Assembly: GCF_000372725.1 (NCBI RefSeq) | Contig: NW_005202428.1 | Location: 648,679-705,832 of the forward strand | Reading direction: 5' to 3' | Origin: Emiliania huxleyi CCMP1516 | Taxonomy: Eukaryota | DNA length: 57,154 bases | Shown: piece by piece, positions 22,117 to 33,247 of the stretch | Position numbering within the stretch: the first letter of the stretch is position 1 | Layout of the letters: each line of letters starts with the position of its first letter | The notes under the pieces: model-generated | What the model saw: the letters and a program-made list of their open reading frames with translations, nothing else | Told to the model about the DNA's origin: nothing | Database searches by the model: none | Translations under genes and position numbers: made by a program

Positions 22117-23475
22117 TTAACCTTCGGGGTCCTGCGACACTCTCACGGCGTAGCCCTCCACAAACAGTTCCGCGATGGTGTCCGCCGTCATCCAAAACAG
22201 CCCATCCGAAGCGTCACGCAACGGCACCCCGGGTTGGGCGAGCCCCCGCCGTCCCCACGGGTTGCGCAGCTGGAACTCGTGCGGCGGCTTGTCGGCCTCT
22301 GCCCGATCCAGATCGCTCGAGGCAGAGCGGTGGCGCGCAGAACGAGGACGGGAGGCGAGGAGGGAGTAGCAGTGGTCCTGCTGCACCCCGTCGCGGGAGA
22401 TCGTGTCCGATTGCGCGTGCGCATCGAAGATGGCAGACGCCAAGCAGATCGCGTGCTCGCCCGTCTCTAGGAAGGACTGCAGAGTCGCGTCCACAGCGGC
22501 GGGCGCCTCGCCCGCGAGCCGGAACACCGACGGCGCCACGCCGGTGAGCGCCTGCAGCGCCTTGGCAGGATCACCTCCGTTCAGCCCCTCGTACCCTTGC
22601 CCACCGGCGGCAAACAGGCCAGACGCCGCGCACGCCTTCTCCACCAGGCAGGGCCAGAGAACGGCGGCAGCCTGCGCGTCGTCGTCCGTGGCTGGCTTGG
22701 CATAGGCCGCAGCGCAAGCGCCGGCGCCAATGCAGCACGCCGGCAGCGTCTCTTCGACCTCAACCTTCGTCGGCGGCAGTGAAGCGTCGAACGGAGAGTG
22801 CAGCGTCACCACGTAGACTCCGGCACTGCCGCCTCGCTGCAGCATGCGCCGGATGCCCCCAGGGTGAGCGGCGACCGAGGCCATCGCCGCGATGAGCCAG
22901 CACGATCCGACGCCCCCCTCGACGCACTCCGATGCGCTCGTTCCGCCTCCCGCCGCGAAGAGCGTGTGCTGAGGAAGAAACTCTCTCGAGCCGGGCGAGG
23001 CGTATTGGGTTCGTCGCGATGCGAGAGCGGGTGCTTTTGGCCCAGCCCGATTGTCTAGGATGATCTGTTCATTGCTTGAGAGCACGCTCACGGCGCAGCC
23101 CGGACTCGGTTTGCCGGTTGCGGGGCCGACGATCGCGGCACCGAGCCGCGCAAAGAAAACCAGGCCTGGCTCTGTGCGCAGCGTCATGTAGCCGATGTAG
23201 GTGTCCTGCCGAGCCAGAAGAAGCGCGTCGGCGCGCTCACGCGACGCTCGCACACCCTTCTCACAGTGCGCGCCATTGAATGCGGCGGAGCTGATGCGCT
23301 CGATTGGAGAGACAGCGCTCGGTCGCTTCAGCTGCGGTGGTGGCGACGACACGATTCTTGCACTCGGACGCTTGAGCCCGCTGCGATGCAAAGCGATCAG
23401 GGCTACCAAAACCACCGCCGCGAAAGCAGCGAGCTGGAATGCCGCGGCATAGCGCTCGGCGAGAGGAGTCTGCAT
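22117..23475 (-). CDS. Calpain-like cysteine protease (peptidase C2 catalytic domain) with N-terminal TM anchor, intronless
   Basis: GSCWLIAA, WPCLVEKA, YEGLNGG, HCYSLL, LRNPWG and DGLFWM are present, including catalytic Cys, His and Asn. Confidence 0.88.
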   Translation of the reverse strand: MQTPLAERYAAAFQLAAFAAVVLVALIALHRSGLKRPSARIVSSPPPQLKRPSAVSPIERISSAAFNGAHCEKGVRASRERADALLLARQDTYIGYMTLRTEPGLVFFARLGAAIVGPATGKPSPGCAVSVLSSNEQIILDNRAGPKAPALASRRTQYASPGSREFLPQHTLFAAGGGTSASECVEGGVGSCWLIAAMASVAAHPGGIRRMLQRGGSAGVYVVTLHSPFDASLPPTKVEVEETLPACCIGAGACAAAYAKPATDDDAQAAAVLWPCLVEKACAASGLFAAGGQGYEGLNGGDPAKALQALTGVAPSVFRLAGEAPAAVDATLQSFLETGEHAICLASAIFDAHAQSDTISRDGVQQDHCYSLLASRPRSARHRSASSDLDRAEADKPPHEFQLRNPWGRRGLAQPGVPLRDASDGLFWMTADTIAELFVEGYAVRVSQDPEG

Positions 23476-23567
23476 CGCTCATTGTCTGTGCCCGCGCGCT
23501 TGCATGACCTCGATTTTTTTCTCGTTGTTCGTGTTTCTCTACGCGGCATCGCGCCCTGCTTGGCTCG

Positions 23568-23643
23568 AAAAAGAAAGAAAGAAAACAGACAACCCAAGGG
23601 AGGGATGGGAGGACGGCACGCCGCCACCACACAGGGATTTTAA
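23568..23643 (-). mobile_element. Second copy of the ~79-bp SINE-like repeat
   Basis: Near-identical reverse complement of 7711-7789. No clear target-site duplication here. Confidence 0.7.
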
Positions 23644-23772
23644 GGAGAGGTGTGTGGTGCGCTATCCGTCGCCCACCCTAGGGAGTCTCGAGGCATGGCA
23701 CTGTGACACAAAAAATTTCTTTTCAGACGCCCGCGCCCCGGGGGCTGCGGCCAGTCGTCTTCTCGGTGTATC

Positions 23773-26765
23773 ATGCCGTCCTCCTTCACACAGAGCCGCC
23801 ACCCGTCCGCGGCCGGCCCCCTGCCCATGGCGCGTTCCACGCGCGTCAGCTTCGGCCCGAACGGCGTCTGCGCCTTCGCGACGGGCAAGAGGTGCTGCAT
23901 CGAGCGGCTCGCCGCTCTCGACGCTGCTGCCTCGGCGGGCGGCGGCGTCGCGCGGGCGGTCGAGCTGGCCGAGCCGCTGCTGGAGGTGCGTCTCCACGGC
24001 GGCGCGCGCTGCGAGCGCGAGGAGGGAAACCTCGTCCTCCCCACTCCGGCTGCACTCGAGGGCGCGGTGCGCGAGTTCAAGGACGCCGAGGGCGCTGCGA
24101 GCGCGATCCAGGAGGCGGAGCGGGCGCGGCAGCGCGAGCGGCAGCACCTGTGGAAGCTCGTCCAGGCGCTGCTGGCCGCCACCCTCCGCCCGGCCGCCGG
24201 CGGCGAGCTCGGCCTCAGCGAGGAGCAGGCGGCGCTGATGGCTGCAAAGCGACGCGAGGCGGTGCGGAGCTGGCTGCGGCTCGCGCTGGCAGCGCCGACG
24301 GCGGCGGGCTTGCCGGCCGAGGGCGGCGCCGCCGCCCTCGAGCTGTGCAAGGGGCTGCAACCAAACGGCCCCGTCAAGTTGCCCATCGAAAAAGAGGTTG
24401 TTTGAACCGCCTCCCCCCCCCCCCCCCCCCCTCCCCCGGCCTCCTCGCCCCCCGGCCTCCTCGCTCCCCGCCTCTCCCCTCTTCCCCCGCCTCCTCCCTC
24501 TCCCCCCGCCGCCTCCCTCTTCCCCCACCCTCTCCCCCCACCCTCTGCCGCCCCCCTCTGCCACCTCTCTCCCGCCCGACACTCGCCCTCCGCACACACG
24601 CCCAACACACACACCCAACACACGCGCCCAACACACACCCAACGCGCCCAAGACGCACGCCCCCGACCCGCCCGCGTTCGCCGCTCGCGCAGCTGTGAAC
24701 AGCGTCTCCTCACAGCTGGATGCTGTGAGCAGGCGCCGCGCGGCTACCTCGCCGCCATCCTCGCCCAGCCCGTCGCCTCGGTGCGCGGGGACATGGCCGC
24801 GCAGCTCGCAGCGTGGAGGGCGCAGCCAGAGCTGCTGCCGCCCAGCCTGATGGAGCTGACTGCGCTGCTGGCGGGCGAGGAGGGCGGCGGAGGCGGCGGA
24901 GGGGGCGGAGGCGGCGGAGGGGGCGGAGGCGGCGGAGGGGGCGGAGGGTGGCGCGAGGCATACGCTGCAGAGCTAGGCTTCGGGGACGTTGCGGCCGGCG
25001 ACCCGCCGCCGCCGCCGCCGCTCGCAGACGGTCTCGCGCCTGCCGACCCGGCGACTACCCCCCGCGCATCTCTTTTTGAGCGCCATACTTCTCTTTTAGG
25101 TCTCGCGCCGGCCGACCCGGCGTGGCACTTGCTCCGCCTCGTCTTCGCGCCGACGGCGCCGCTGCCGCCGCTGCCCGCGCGGCCGCCCCTTCCGCCGCGA
25201 GGGGTGGGGTCGGGCGGGTCGGGCGTGTCGCTGCCAGACTACTCCCTCGCCTGGCACTTGCGGCTGGTTGTCGGAGAGCTGCTCCAGCTGCGCACGCCGA
25301 CGGCCGACGACGGCATGCACCGCGCCTACTTCTAGGAACCTTCTAGGAACCTTCTAGGAACCTTCTAGGAACCTTCTAGGCGTGCACCGCGCCTATCTCG
25401 CCCAGCTCGAGACGTGCGCCCGCTGGCACGAGCTCGCCGCCGCCGCCACCGCCCTGCCCGCCACGCCGCTCGAGGAGGCGACGGCGCTGCAGCAGGCGCT
25501 GGAGCGGCTCCGAGATGGACCGAGATGCGCCGAGATGCGCCTAGATGAGCCGAGATGAGCCGAGCTTGCGTGAAGCAGGCGCTGGAGCGGCTCCCGCCCC
25601 CCGACGAGCCGACCCAGGAGGTGCTTCGCGTGCTCGATTTGGCGCCGCTCTCGACGAGACCCTTCCGAGACCTTTCCGAGACCCTTCCGAGACCCTTCCG
25701 AGACCTTCCGAGACCCTTCCGAGACCCTTCCGAGACCCTTCCGAGACCCTTCCGAGACCCTTCCGAGACCCTTCCGAGACCCTTCCGAGACCCTTCCGAG
25801 ACCCTTCCGAGACCCTTCCGAGACCCTTCCGAGACCTTCCGAGACCTTCCGAGACCCTTCCGAGGCCCTTCCGAGGCCCTTCCAAGACCCTTCCGAGACC
25901 CTTCCGAGGCCCTTCCAAGACCCTTCCGAGACCCTTCCGAGACCTTTCCGAGACCCTCCTCACAGGCGCCGCTTGACGACCCCGCGCCGCTCACCCCGGA
26001 CGCTGAGGCGCTCGGCTCGCGCTGGCTCGCGGGGCACCCCCACGACCCGCATCGCGACTCGAAGCTTCTAGGAACCTTCTAGGAGCCATCTGGAACCTTC
26101 TAGGCACCCCCACGACCCGCACCGGCTGCTCGCCCTCCTCCACGCCGCTTCCGCACAGCGCGCACACGCGCAGCACCGCCCGAGCGGAGTGGTGCGACAC
26201 TTCCTCACGGCAGCGACGGCCGCGACGGCAGCCGCCGCCGTCGCCGCGTCGCCGCCGCTGCCGAGCCTCGCCGAGGAGTGGCGGCTGGCGCACAGCGCGT
26301 TGACCCGGCAGCTCGCGCCCATGGCCTTGCTGGGCTGCCGGCTGCGCGGAGGCGCCGGTCTGCCGGAGGCGAGGCGCTGCTCTCTCGCCCCGCGCCCCTC
26401 NNNNNNNNNNNNNNNNNNNNNNNNNNNNNNNNNNNNNNNNNNNNNNNNNNNNNNNNNNNNNNNNNNNNNNNNNNNNNNNNNNNNNNNNNNNNNNNNNNNN
26501 NNNNNNNNNNNNNNNNNNNNNNNNNNNNNNNNNNNNNNNNNNNNNNNNNNNNNNNNNNNNNNNNNNNNNNNNNNNNNNNNNNNNNNNNNNNNNNNNNNNN
26601 NNNNNNNNNNNNNNNNNNNNNNNNNNNNNNNNNNNNNNNNNNNNNNNNNNNNNNNNNNNNNNNNNNNNNNNNNNNNNNNNNNNNNNNNNNNNNNNNNNNN
26701 ATATATTTTGAAAAGGGAGGGGGTCCTCAGCTGGCAGCCGACGGCCCCTCTGTACGCAACACACA

Positions 26766-26805
<40 letters not shown>

Positions 26806-27252
26806 CCGCGCGCTGCTGCACACAGCTCCCCCCCCCCCCCCCACACACACACACTCACGAGCAGGTACTGCGCCGTCGTCGCCAACTTCTACGCCTTCAC
26901 CACCGCCGCGGCGGCCGGCGAGCTTGCGCCGCGTACCCCGGACTCGGTGCGGCAGTCTGCCGAGCAGCTGCTCGAGGCTCTGCGCGGCGAGGCGGCGGCG
27001 CAGCGGCGCTCTCTCGAGCGCGACGAGGCGCTGCACGGCGACCTCCGTCTCGGCGGCGGCGCAAGGCGCCCCGGAAGGCGGGCCCCCTCTCATCTCGGGA
27101 GTGGCTGACGTCTAGGCGCGTGGAGCGAGGAGGCGGCCGCGTGGCACGCCTGCCGCCGCTCGATGGAGGAGAACCTCGGGGTGGTGCGCGACAAGCTCGA
27201 CTTCTACGCTGGCTACGTCGCAGAGGCCGACCCTGCCATGGTCACCGACTAG
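23773..27252 (+). CDS. NUP96: Nucleoporin Nup96-like protein, multi-exon
   Basis: MARSTRVSFGPNG (cf. MGRSFRVGWGP), LWKLVQAL, RREAVRSWL, DMAAQLAAWR, DPAWHLLRL, DYSLAWHL and YLAQLE match Nup96 motifs in order. Gap at 26401-26700. Confidence 0.75.
25655..25958. repeat. Intronic 10-11-bp satellite (GAGACCCTTCC)n
   Basis: Directly visible. Confidence 0.95.
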
Positions 27253-28332
27253 CGCGCGTGCGGGTGCTGGGTTGTTTCGCATCGCTGCAAAACGCGAAGC
27301 GTTCTCGCGCCAGTCAACCAACGGCAAGAGTCGCGCCAGCGCCAAGAGCCGTATCTCAAAGTGGCGCAAGTCTCGGGTCTCACGGCGCGACGACCTCTCA
27401 AAAATATCATTACACGCGCAGCGCGTCCACCCGCCACCCGCACCCCTCGATCCTCCTTCCTCGTCATCCTCGTCCTCGTCCTCCGACTGTCCGCTCCGCC
27501 GACGACCTCCCCGTCAGAGCACCCAGAGGCTCAGGGCACAGGGGCGGCGACTCCCCCATCTTACCATCTACAGATGATATGCGCATCCTAGATGCCGGAA
27601 ACGCCATCTAGGGGCATAGCGGGTGGGGAGGCCCCCTAAAACGGCGGGAGAGCCGGGAGGGCTATCGGAAGTCAAGAGCTAGAGGACTCAGCCACCCCCT
27701 CTACCCCTCCATAATCCACCCCCCTCCACACCCTCCCGGAGCGAGAGAGGTCCGTCCTCGAGAGAGCCCTCCCACTTCCACCCCTCCGACCGGAGGGCTC
27801 GCTCCAGCCCACGGGGCTGGAGGGGTCCCCGTCGGATCGGCGTCGCGTCTTGGGACCGGAGCAGCCCGAGAGTGCGTTGCGGTGAGACCGCTCCGCCTCC
27901 GGCATTGCGCGACAACGAGCGGCGAGCTTGAAGCAAGCGTGATGCTCTCTGTCTCAAAAAAACTGCGTTTTGGGCGCGCGCGCGGGGGCGGCGGGTGTGC
28001 GGGATGTCTGTTGGCCCGAGAGCGATGCGTGTGTCCGCCTTGCTTTGTTTCATAACATCGAAGGCTGGCTCAATCCTCAAAAAAAAACCGCCGGCGCGGT
28101 GTATAGGGTCTGGGTGTGACTGCGACAAGTGTGTGAGCCCACATGAGAGAGAGAGAGAGAGAGTTCTCCCAGTAAGCTAAAAGTACACACATGAGAAAAG
28201 GACTTCCTACATACAAACAAAAGGCGGTCGCACAGCACGATTCACACGACAAACAAGCCGTCGCCTCAACACAGAAGCCGTCACCCAACAAAGAAACCTA
28301 GCTGATTATGCCGCTTCCTCTACTCGAGTATG

Positions 28333-29949
28333 CTATCGCCACCCTGCCTTCTGAATCGCCACCTTGTTGTCGGCGTTGACAGCGAGGTTCCCCAGCGCCC
28401 TCGCGGCCCTCTGCTTCTGCCCGTCCGTGCCTCCGCGAGCCAGCGCCACCAGCGGCGCGATGCCGCCCGCCTTCGCGATCGCCACCTGGTTGTCGGCGTT
28501 GCAAGCGAGCCACCCCAGCGCCCACGCGGCCCTCTGCTTCTGCCCGTCCGTGCCGCCGCGAGCAAGCGCCACCAGCGGCGCGATGCCGCCTGCCCTCGCG
28601 ATCGCCACCTGGTTGTCGGCGTTGCAAGCGAGCCACCCCAGCGCCGTCGCGGCCTGCTCCTTCTGCCCGTCCGTGCCGCCGCGAGCCAGCGCCACCAGCG
28701 GCGCGATGCCGCCCGCCTTCGCGATCGCCACCTGGTTGTCGGCGTTCCAAGCGAGCCACCCCAGCGCCCTCGCGGCCTCCTCCTTCTGCCCGTCCGTGCC
28801 GCCGCGAGCCAGCGCCACCAGCGGTGCGATGCCGCCCGCGCTTGCGATCGCCATCTGGTTGTCGGCGTTGCAAGCGAGGTTCGCCAGCGCCCTCGCGGCC
28901 TCCTCCTTCTGCCCGTCCATGCCGCCGCGAGCCAGCGCCACCAGCGGCGCGATGCCGCCCGCCCTCGCGATCGCCACCTGGTTGTCGGCGTTCCAAGCGA
29001 GCCACCCCAGCGCCCCCGCGGCCTGCTCCTTCTGGCCGTCCGTGCCGCCGCGAGCCAGCGCCACCAGCGGCGCGATGCCGCCAGCCCTCGCGATCGCCAC
29101 CTGGTTGTCGGCGTTGACAGCGAGGCTCCGCAGCGCCCCCGCGGCCTGCTCCTTCTGCCCGTCCGTGCCGTCGCGAGCCAGCGCGACTAGCGACGCGATG
29201 TCGCCCGCCTTCTTTGCAGCCGCAAGCAGTGCGTTCGTAGCCGCGTTGCGCTTACCCATACTCATCGAGACCGCCTTGACTGCATTGGCGATGCTGAAGA
29301 GCAGGCAGCCGCTGTTAGCGTCGCTGCCACCTTGGGCGTGGATGCCGACAAGCCGCCCGACATTGTCAAAGATGGGCGAGCCTGACGAGCCGGGCTCGGT
29401 GTCGTTCTGGTAGGAGATGCTGCCCTCATCTGTCATCTTTTCTACGTGGAAGTTGCTCATCACCTTCACGCCGCCCTGCGGGTGCTGCCAAATGGTAATG
29501 GTGATGTTCGCACTGGGCTTCGACGTTGCGTGCGCGAGCGAGATCGGCGTGCACTTTAGCTTCGGCACATCCTCGGTGAGCACAGCGACGAAGCAGTAGT
29601 CGAGCGGACGGCTACACCCCGCAGCGAAGCCCGCCCTTGGGTCCAGCTTAATCGTTATCCAAGAGCCGGGATTTGAGGCGAGCTTGTTAAAGACTGCCGT
29701 TGCATGCTCCGCGTCCGCCTCAGTGCTGATGACGTGGTGATTGGTCAGCACGCAATAGCGAGGCAAGCCCAGCGGCCTGCCGTCGACGAGGCTTCCGGAC
29801 CCACGACCTCCGCGCACTGTTATTGCGCACGCCGCTTCCATGTTGTTCTGTATCGTCTCTGCTGAGGCGTACGGCGCGACCCCACGCAGCTGCTCGTCGT
29901 TAACTCGCAGCGACTGCAGCGGCTCGCTGATGTCGATAGGAGCGGACAT
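28333..29949 (-). CDS. Trypsin-like (Trypsin_2/V8-type) serine protease fused to seven near-identical armadillo repeats, intronless
   Basis: Catalytic motifs LTNHHV, LDY and TEPGSSGSP. 41-aa/123-bp units AGGIAPLVALARGGTDGQKxxAAxALxxLAxNADNQVAIA. Start inferred at MSAPIDISEP. Confidence 0.88.
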   Translation of the reverse strand: MSAPIDISEPLQSLRVNDEQLRGVAPYASAETIQNNMEAACAITVRGGRGSGSLVDGRPLGLPRYCVLTNHHVISTEADAEHATAVFNKLASNPGSWITIKLDPRAGFAAGCSRPLDYCFVAVLTEDVPKLKCTPISLAHATSKPSANITITIWQHPQGGVKVMSNFHVEKMTDEGSISYQNDTEPGSSGSPIFDNVGRLVGIHAQGGSDANSGCLLFSIANAVKAVSMSMGKRNAATNALLAAAKKAGDIASLVALARDGTDGQKEQAAGALRSLAVNADNQVAIARAGGIAPLVALARGGTDGQKEQAAGALGWLAWNADNQVAIARAGGIAPLVALARGGMDGQKEEAARALANLACNADNQMAIASAGGIAPLVALARGGTDGQKEEAARALGWLAWNADNQVAIAKAGGIAPLVALARGGTDGQKEQAATALGWLACNADNQVAIARAGGIAPLVALARGGTDGQKQRAAWALGWLACNADNQVAIAKAGGIAPLVALARGGTDGQKQRAARALGNLAVNADNKVAIQKAGWR

Positions 29950-30494
29950 GCTACGCGACAACTTGGGGGACGGCCGTGCACCTCCGCGCATCGCGCATCC
30001 TGACACCTGAGGGTTTAGAGGGTTAGTCGCATGGCACGTATCCCGTGCAAACACACCTGGTCCTGGAACGCCCGCATCTTTTTTTGCAACTGTGCCCAAA
30101 GAGCATTGGGGTAGAGGAGCGAGCCGACACGCGCCCAGGTGGGTCCCGCGGGAGGAGAGAGCTGTCGCGGTGTGCAGCCAAAAAACGATATGCAAGGTCA
30201 CCTGCCCACCTGCCCGCGGCGGGCGGGGGAGGGGGGGGGTGGGGGGGTCCTCAGGAGTTGTTTCTTTTTTGGGCAGGGTTAGAGAGTTGAAGTGAAGTGT
30301 GCGCGAAAGAAAGAAGAAAGGAATCACACTCACGGAGAGAAGTGAAAAGAAAGAGGCACACGATTTCTTTTTCTGCTTAGCGAGAGGTTGGGTGCTTGGG
30401 TGGCCTGCTTCCGCTCCACCGCCCCGGCCGTCGCGTCTGCTGCCTTGCGCCGGACGGATCCCACATTCGCCCATCTCGATCGCCACGGCGCTCG

Positions 30495-33247
30495 ATGTCG
30501 CTCGAGTTCAAAAAGGGATTCCTCTCTCAGCCTGCGTCAAACACGAGCGCTGCCGCTCGCAGCGTCGGCCGCCGGAAGCAGGCGGCTGCGCCCGACGAGG
30601 CGTATCTGCCAGCGGAGAGCTACGACCTCCTCGACGACGAGGACGGCGCCGCCGACCCGCTGGTGGCGGAGATCGAGACGTCCGAGGCGGCCTACGAGTA
30701 CAGCGTCGAGTACTGCCGCGCCCACTGCAACCAGTTCAACCAAGGTCTCATGCGGCTCGACCCGATGGTGAACGTCGCGTTTGCCAACGACCTGCGGGCG
30801 GTGCAGTTCAACCGCAAGATGTGGGGGCACCACGACGGGCCCGGCCGCGGCGGCGAGCAGCGGACGATGCTGCTGCCAAGCGGGATCGTCCTCAAGTACC
30901 TCGAGTGGGGCAGCGAGCAGGCGCGTCCTAGACACTTCCTAGACAGCTCCTCGACAGCTCCTCGGCCGGTACCTCGAGTGGGGTGCGAGCAGGCGCCTCC
31001 GGTCGTGCTGCTCCACGACGTCTGTGACTCGTGCCACATCTGGGATGACGTGGCGCAGCCGCTGGCTGACTCCTTCCGCGTCCTCGCGCTCGACCTGCGA
31101 GGGCGCTGACACACTCCAGCCGCTCGCCGCGGCACGAGGACGGCTTTCTGTTCGAAGGGCAGCGGTGTCTTTGTTTAGGCGCGGACACACTCCAGCCGCT
31201 CGCCGCGGGCGCCAGTACGGCTTCTTTGTTTATCCGCCGCGGTGTTTGTTTAGGCACGGAGACACCAGCCGCTCGCCGCGGCACGAGTACGGCATCGACG
31301 CGCTGGTGGAGGACCTGCACGAGATGGCGGTGCGGCTCTCCCTCAACGGGCGCGACTGGGGCGGCGCCTTCACGCGGCCGTGGGTGCCGTGCGGCGAGGG
31401 GAGGGGCGGTCCTAGAGAAGAAGTCGGCCGAGCCGTGTCTGTCTGTGTGTTAGGTGCTGTGCGGCAAGGGGATGGGCGGGGCCGTCGCCGTCGCTTACGC
31501 GGCGCGCCTCCCCGGCCGCGTGGCGGGGCTCGTTAGTTAGTCCCAACCGGTGAATGATGACTACTCCACAGGCGCGCCACCCCGGCCGCGTGGCGGGCCT
31601 CGTGCTCTGGGACTACGACCCCGACATGCCGACCACGCGGCTCTGCTTCTCGCCGCACCAGGCGGGCCACTTCCGCGGGCAGGCAGCCGCTCGCTGCCCT
31701 GCTGGCCGTGCGAGGACGTGAGACGAGCGATGAGGCGATGTCGATGGCACCAGGAGCCGCTCGCTGCCCTGCTGGCGGAGCAGCTCGGCTTGCAGCGCGA
31801 CGCAAAGTACCTCGCCATCACCTTCACCAACCGGTGCGAGCACGCCGACCCGCCTCCTCACCTCGGCGCATCTCGGCGCACCTCGGCGCACCTCGGCGCA
31901 CCTCGGCGCACCTCGGCGCACCTCAGGTGCGAGCACGTCGACCCGTCGGACGAGAAGGCGGGCTGCCGCTTCAAGGTGCGTTCTTCCTGTCCGGCTCCAC
32001 GCCGCCAACACACCAGCAGCCCTAGCCCCAGCCCTAGCCCCAACCCTAGCCCCAACCCTAGGTGGACCCGCACTTCTTCCTGTCCGATTGGTCGCCCGGA
32101 CTCGCGTGGACGCAGCTGCGCGCCGTCGCGCCGTCGGCGCGGCTCCTCCTCATCCACAACCAGCAGGGCGTCTCTTCACACCTCCCGCTGTGAACAGGTG
32201 CGGCTCCTCCTCGTCCACAACCAGCAGGGCGTCTCTTCACACCTCCCGCTGTGAACAGGTGCGGCTCCTCCTCGTCCACAACCAGCAGGGCGTCTCTTCA
32301 CACTTCCCGCTGTGAACAGGTGCGGCTCCTCCTCGTCCACAACCAGTCTTCCCTCGACTGGACCTACGAGCGGGCGGTCGAGGCGCGGCCGCCGCTCGAG
32401 CGGCCGGCCGAGGGGCATGCATGGCTCGTGAGGAAGTGCTCACTCTGAGTCCAGGTGCGGTCGGCGCTCGAGCAGCCGGCCGAGGGCGGCGAGCCCGCCG
32501 GCGTGCAGCTCGTCGTCGCGTCGCGCGGCAGCGTGCCCGACGAGGAGGAGGCGCTGGTCGAGTCCCTCTGGCCGTGACGCCTCCCGCCACCCTTCCTGCA
32601 GGCACCGTGCTCGACGAGGAGAAGAACTTGGTCGAAGACCTGCAAAAGCTGTACGGCGGCATCGCGGCGCACGTGCGCGCCGTTTTTCCCGGCGCGCTCG
32701 CCGTGTTTCTTCGTCCGGCGGACCTGTTTTTTCTTTTCTGTAGGTGCGCACCTTTGCGTCCGACATCGACCGCGCCGCGCGAGACAAGCTTCGTTCGCAG
32801 GTCCCTCTCCCCTCCCCCCTCCCCCCCCGCGCCGCTTCCCCCGCTGCCTCTCTCCTCACCGCCACCGCCGCCTCCCCTTCCCCTCCAGGGCGCCGTGCGG
32901 TACGAGCGGATCGCCGAGGAGGAGCTCGAGGCCAAGCAGGCGGAGAAGGAGGCGATCCGGCAGGCAGACCGCTCACCTCGAGATCACCCCTTATCTCCCC
33001 ATATCTCCCCACATCTCCCCGTGGATCCGGCAGCACTCACCCACGCGCACCGGGCCTTGCACTCTGAGCGCCGTGCCAGCTCCTGTCCTTGGCCGTGGAG
33101 TCGCGAGGGTTGCCCGAGCTCTTGCCCCACCACCCTCGTCTGTGTGGAGACGTCCCCTTTGCCCTACCGTAGGCGGCGCGCGAGGCGGCGGGCTTCATGG
33201 CCAAGGAGGACCCGGCGCCGCCCTCCTTTGACGAGTTCGACGACTAG
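30495..33247 (+). CDS. Alpha/beta-hydrolase-fold protein, probably catalytically inactive, highly intron-rich
   Basis: YLEWGSEQAPPVVLLHD, FRVLALDLRG|HGDTS and VLCGKGMGGAVAVAYA|ARHPGRVAGLVLWD. More than 10 short introns. Confidence 0.8.

Noticed and set aside
25655..25958. Regular repeats that might suggest a CRISPR array (also 11985-12255 and 32137-32345)
   Set aside because: Head-to-tail units without unique spacers, located in eukaryotic introns, with no cas genes.
29950..30486. N-terminal extension of the 717-aa trypsin-ARM ORF
   Set aside because: It runs through T-rich, promoter-like sequence shared with the divergent hydrolase gene. The true start is more likely at 29949.
32021..32060. 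CCCTAG/CCCCAA/CCCTA telomere-like hexamers
   Set aside because: Short degenerate intronic microsatellite, not a chromosome end.
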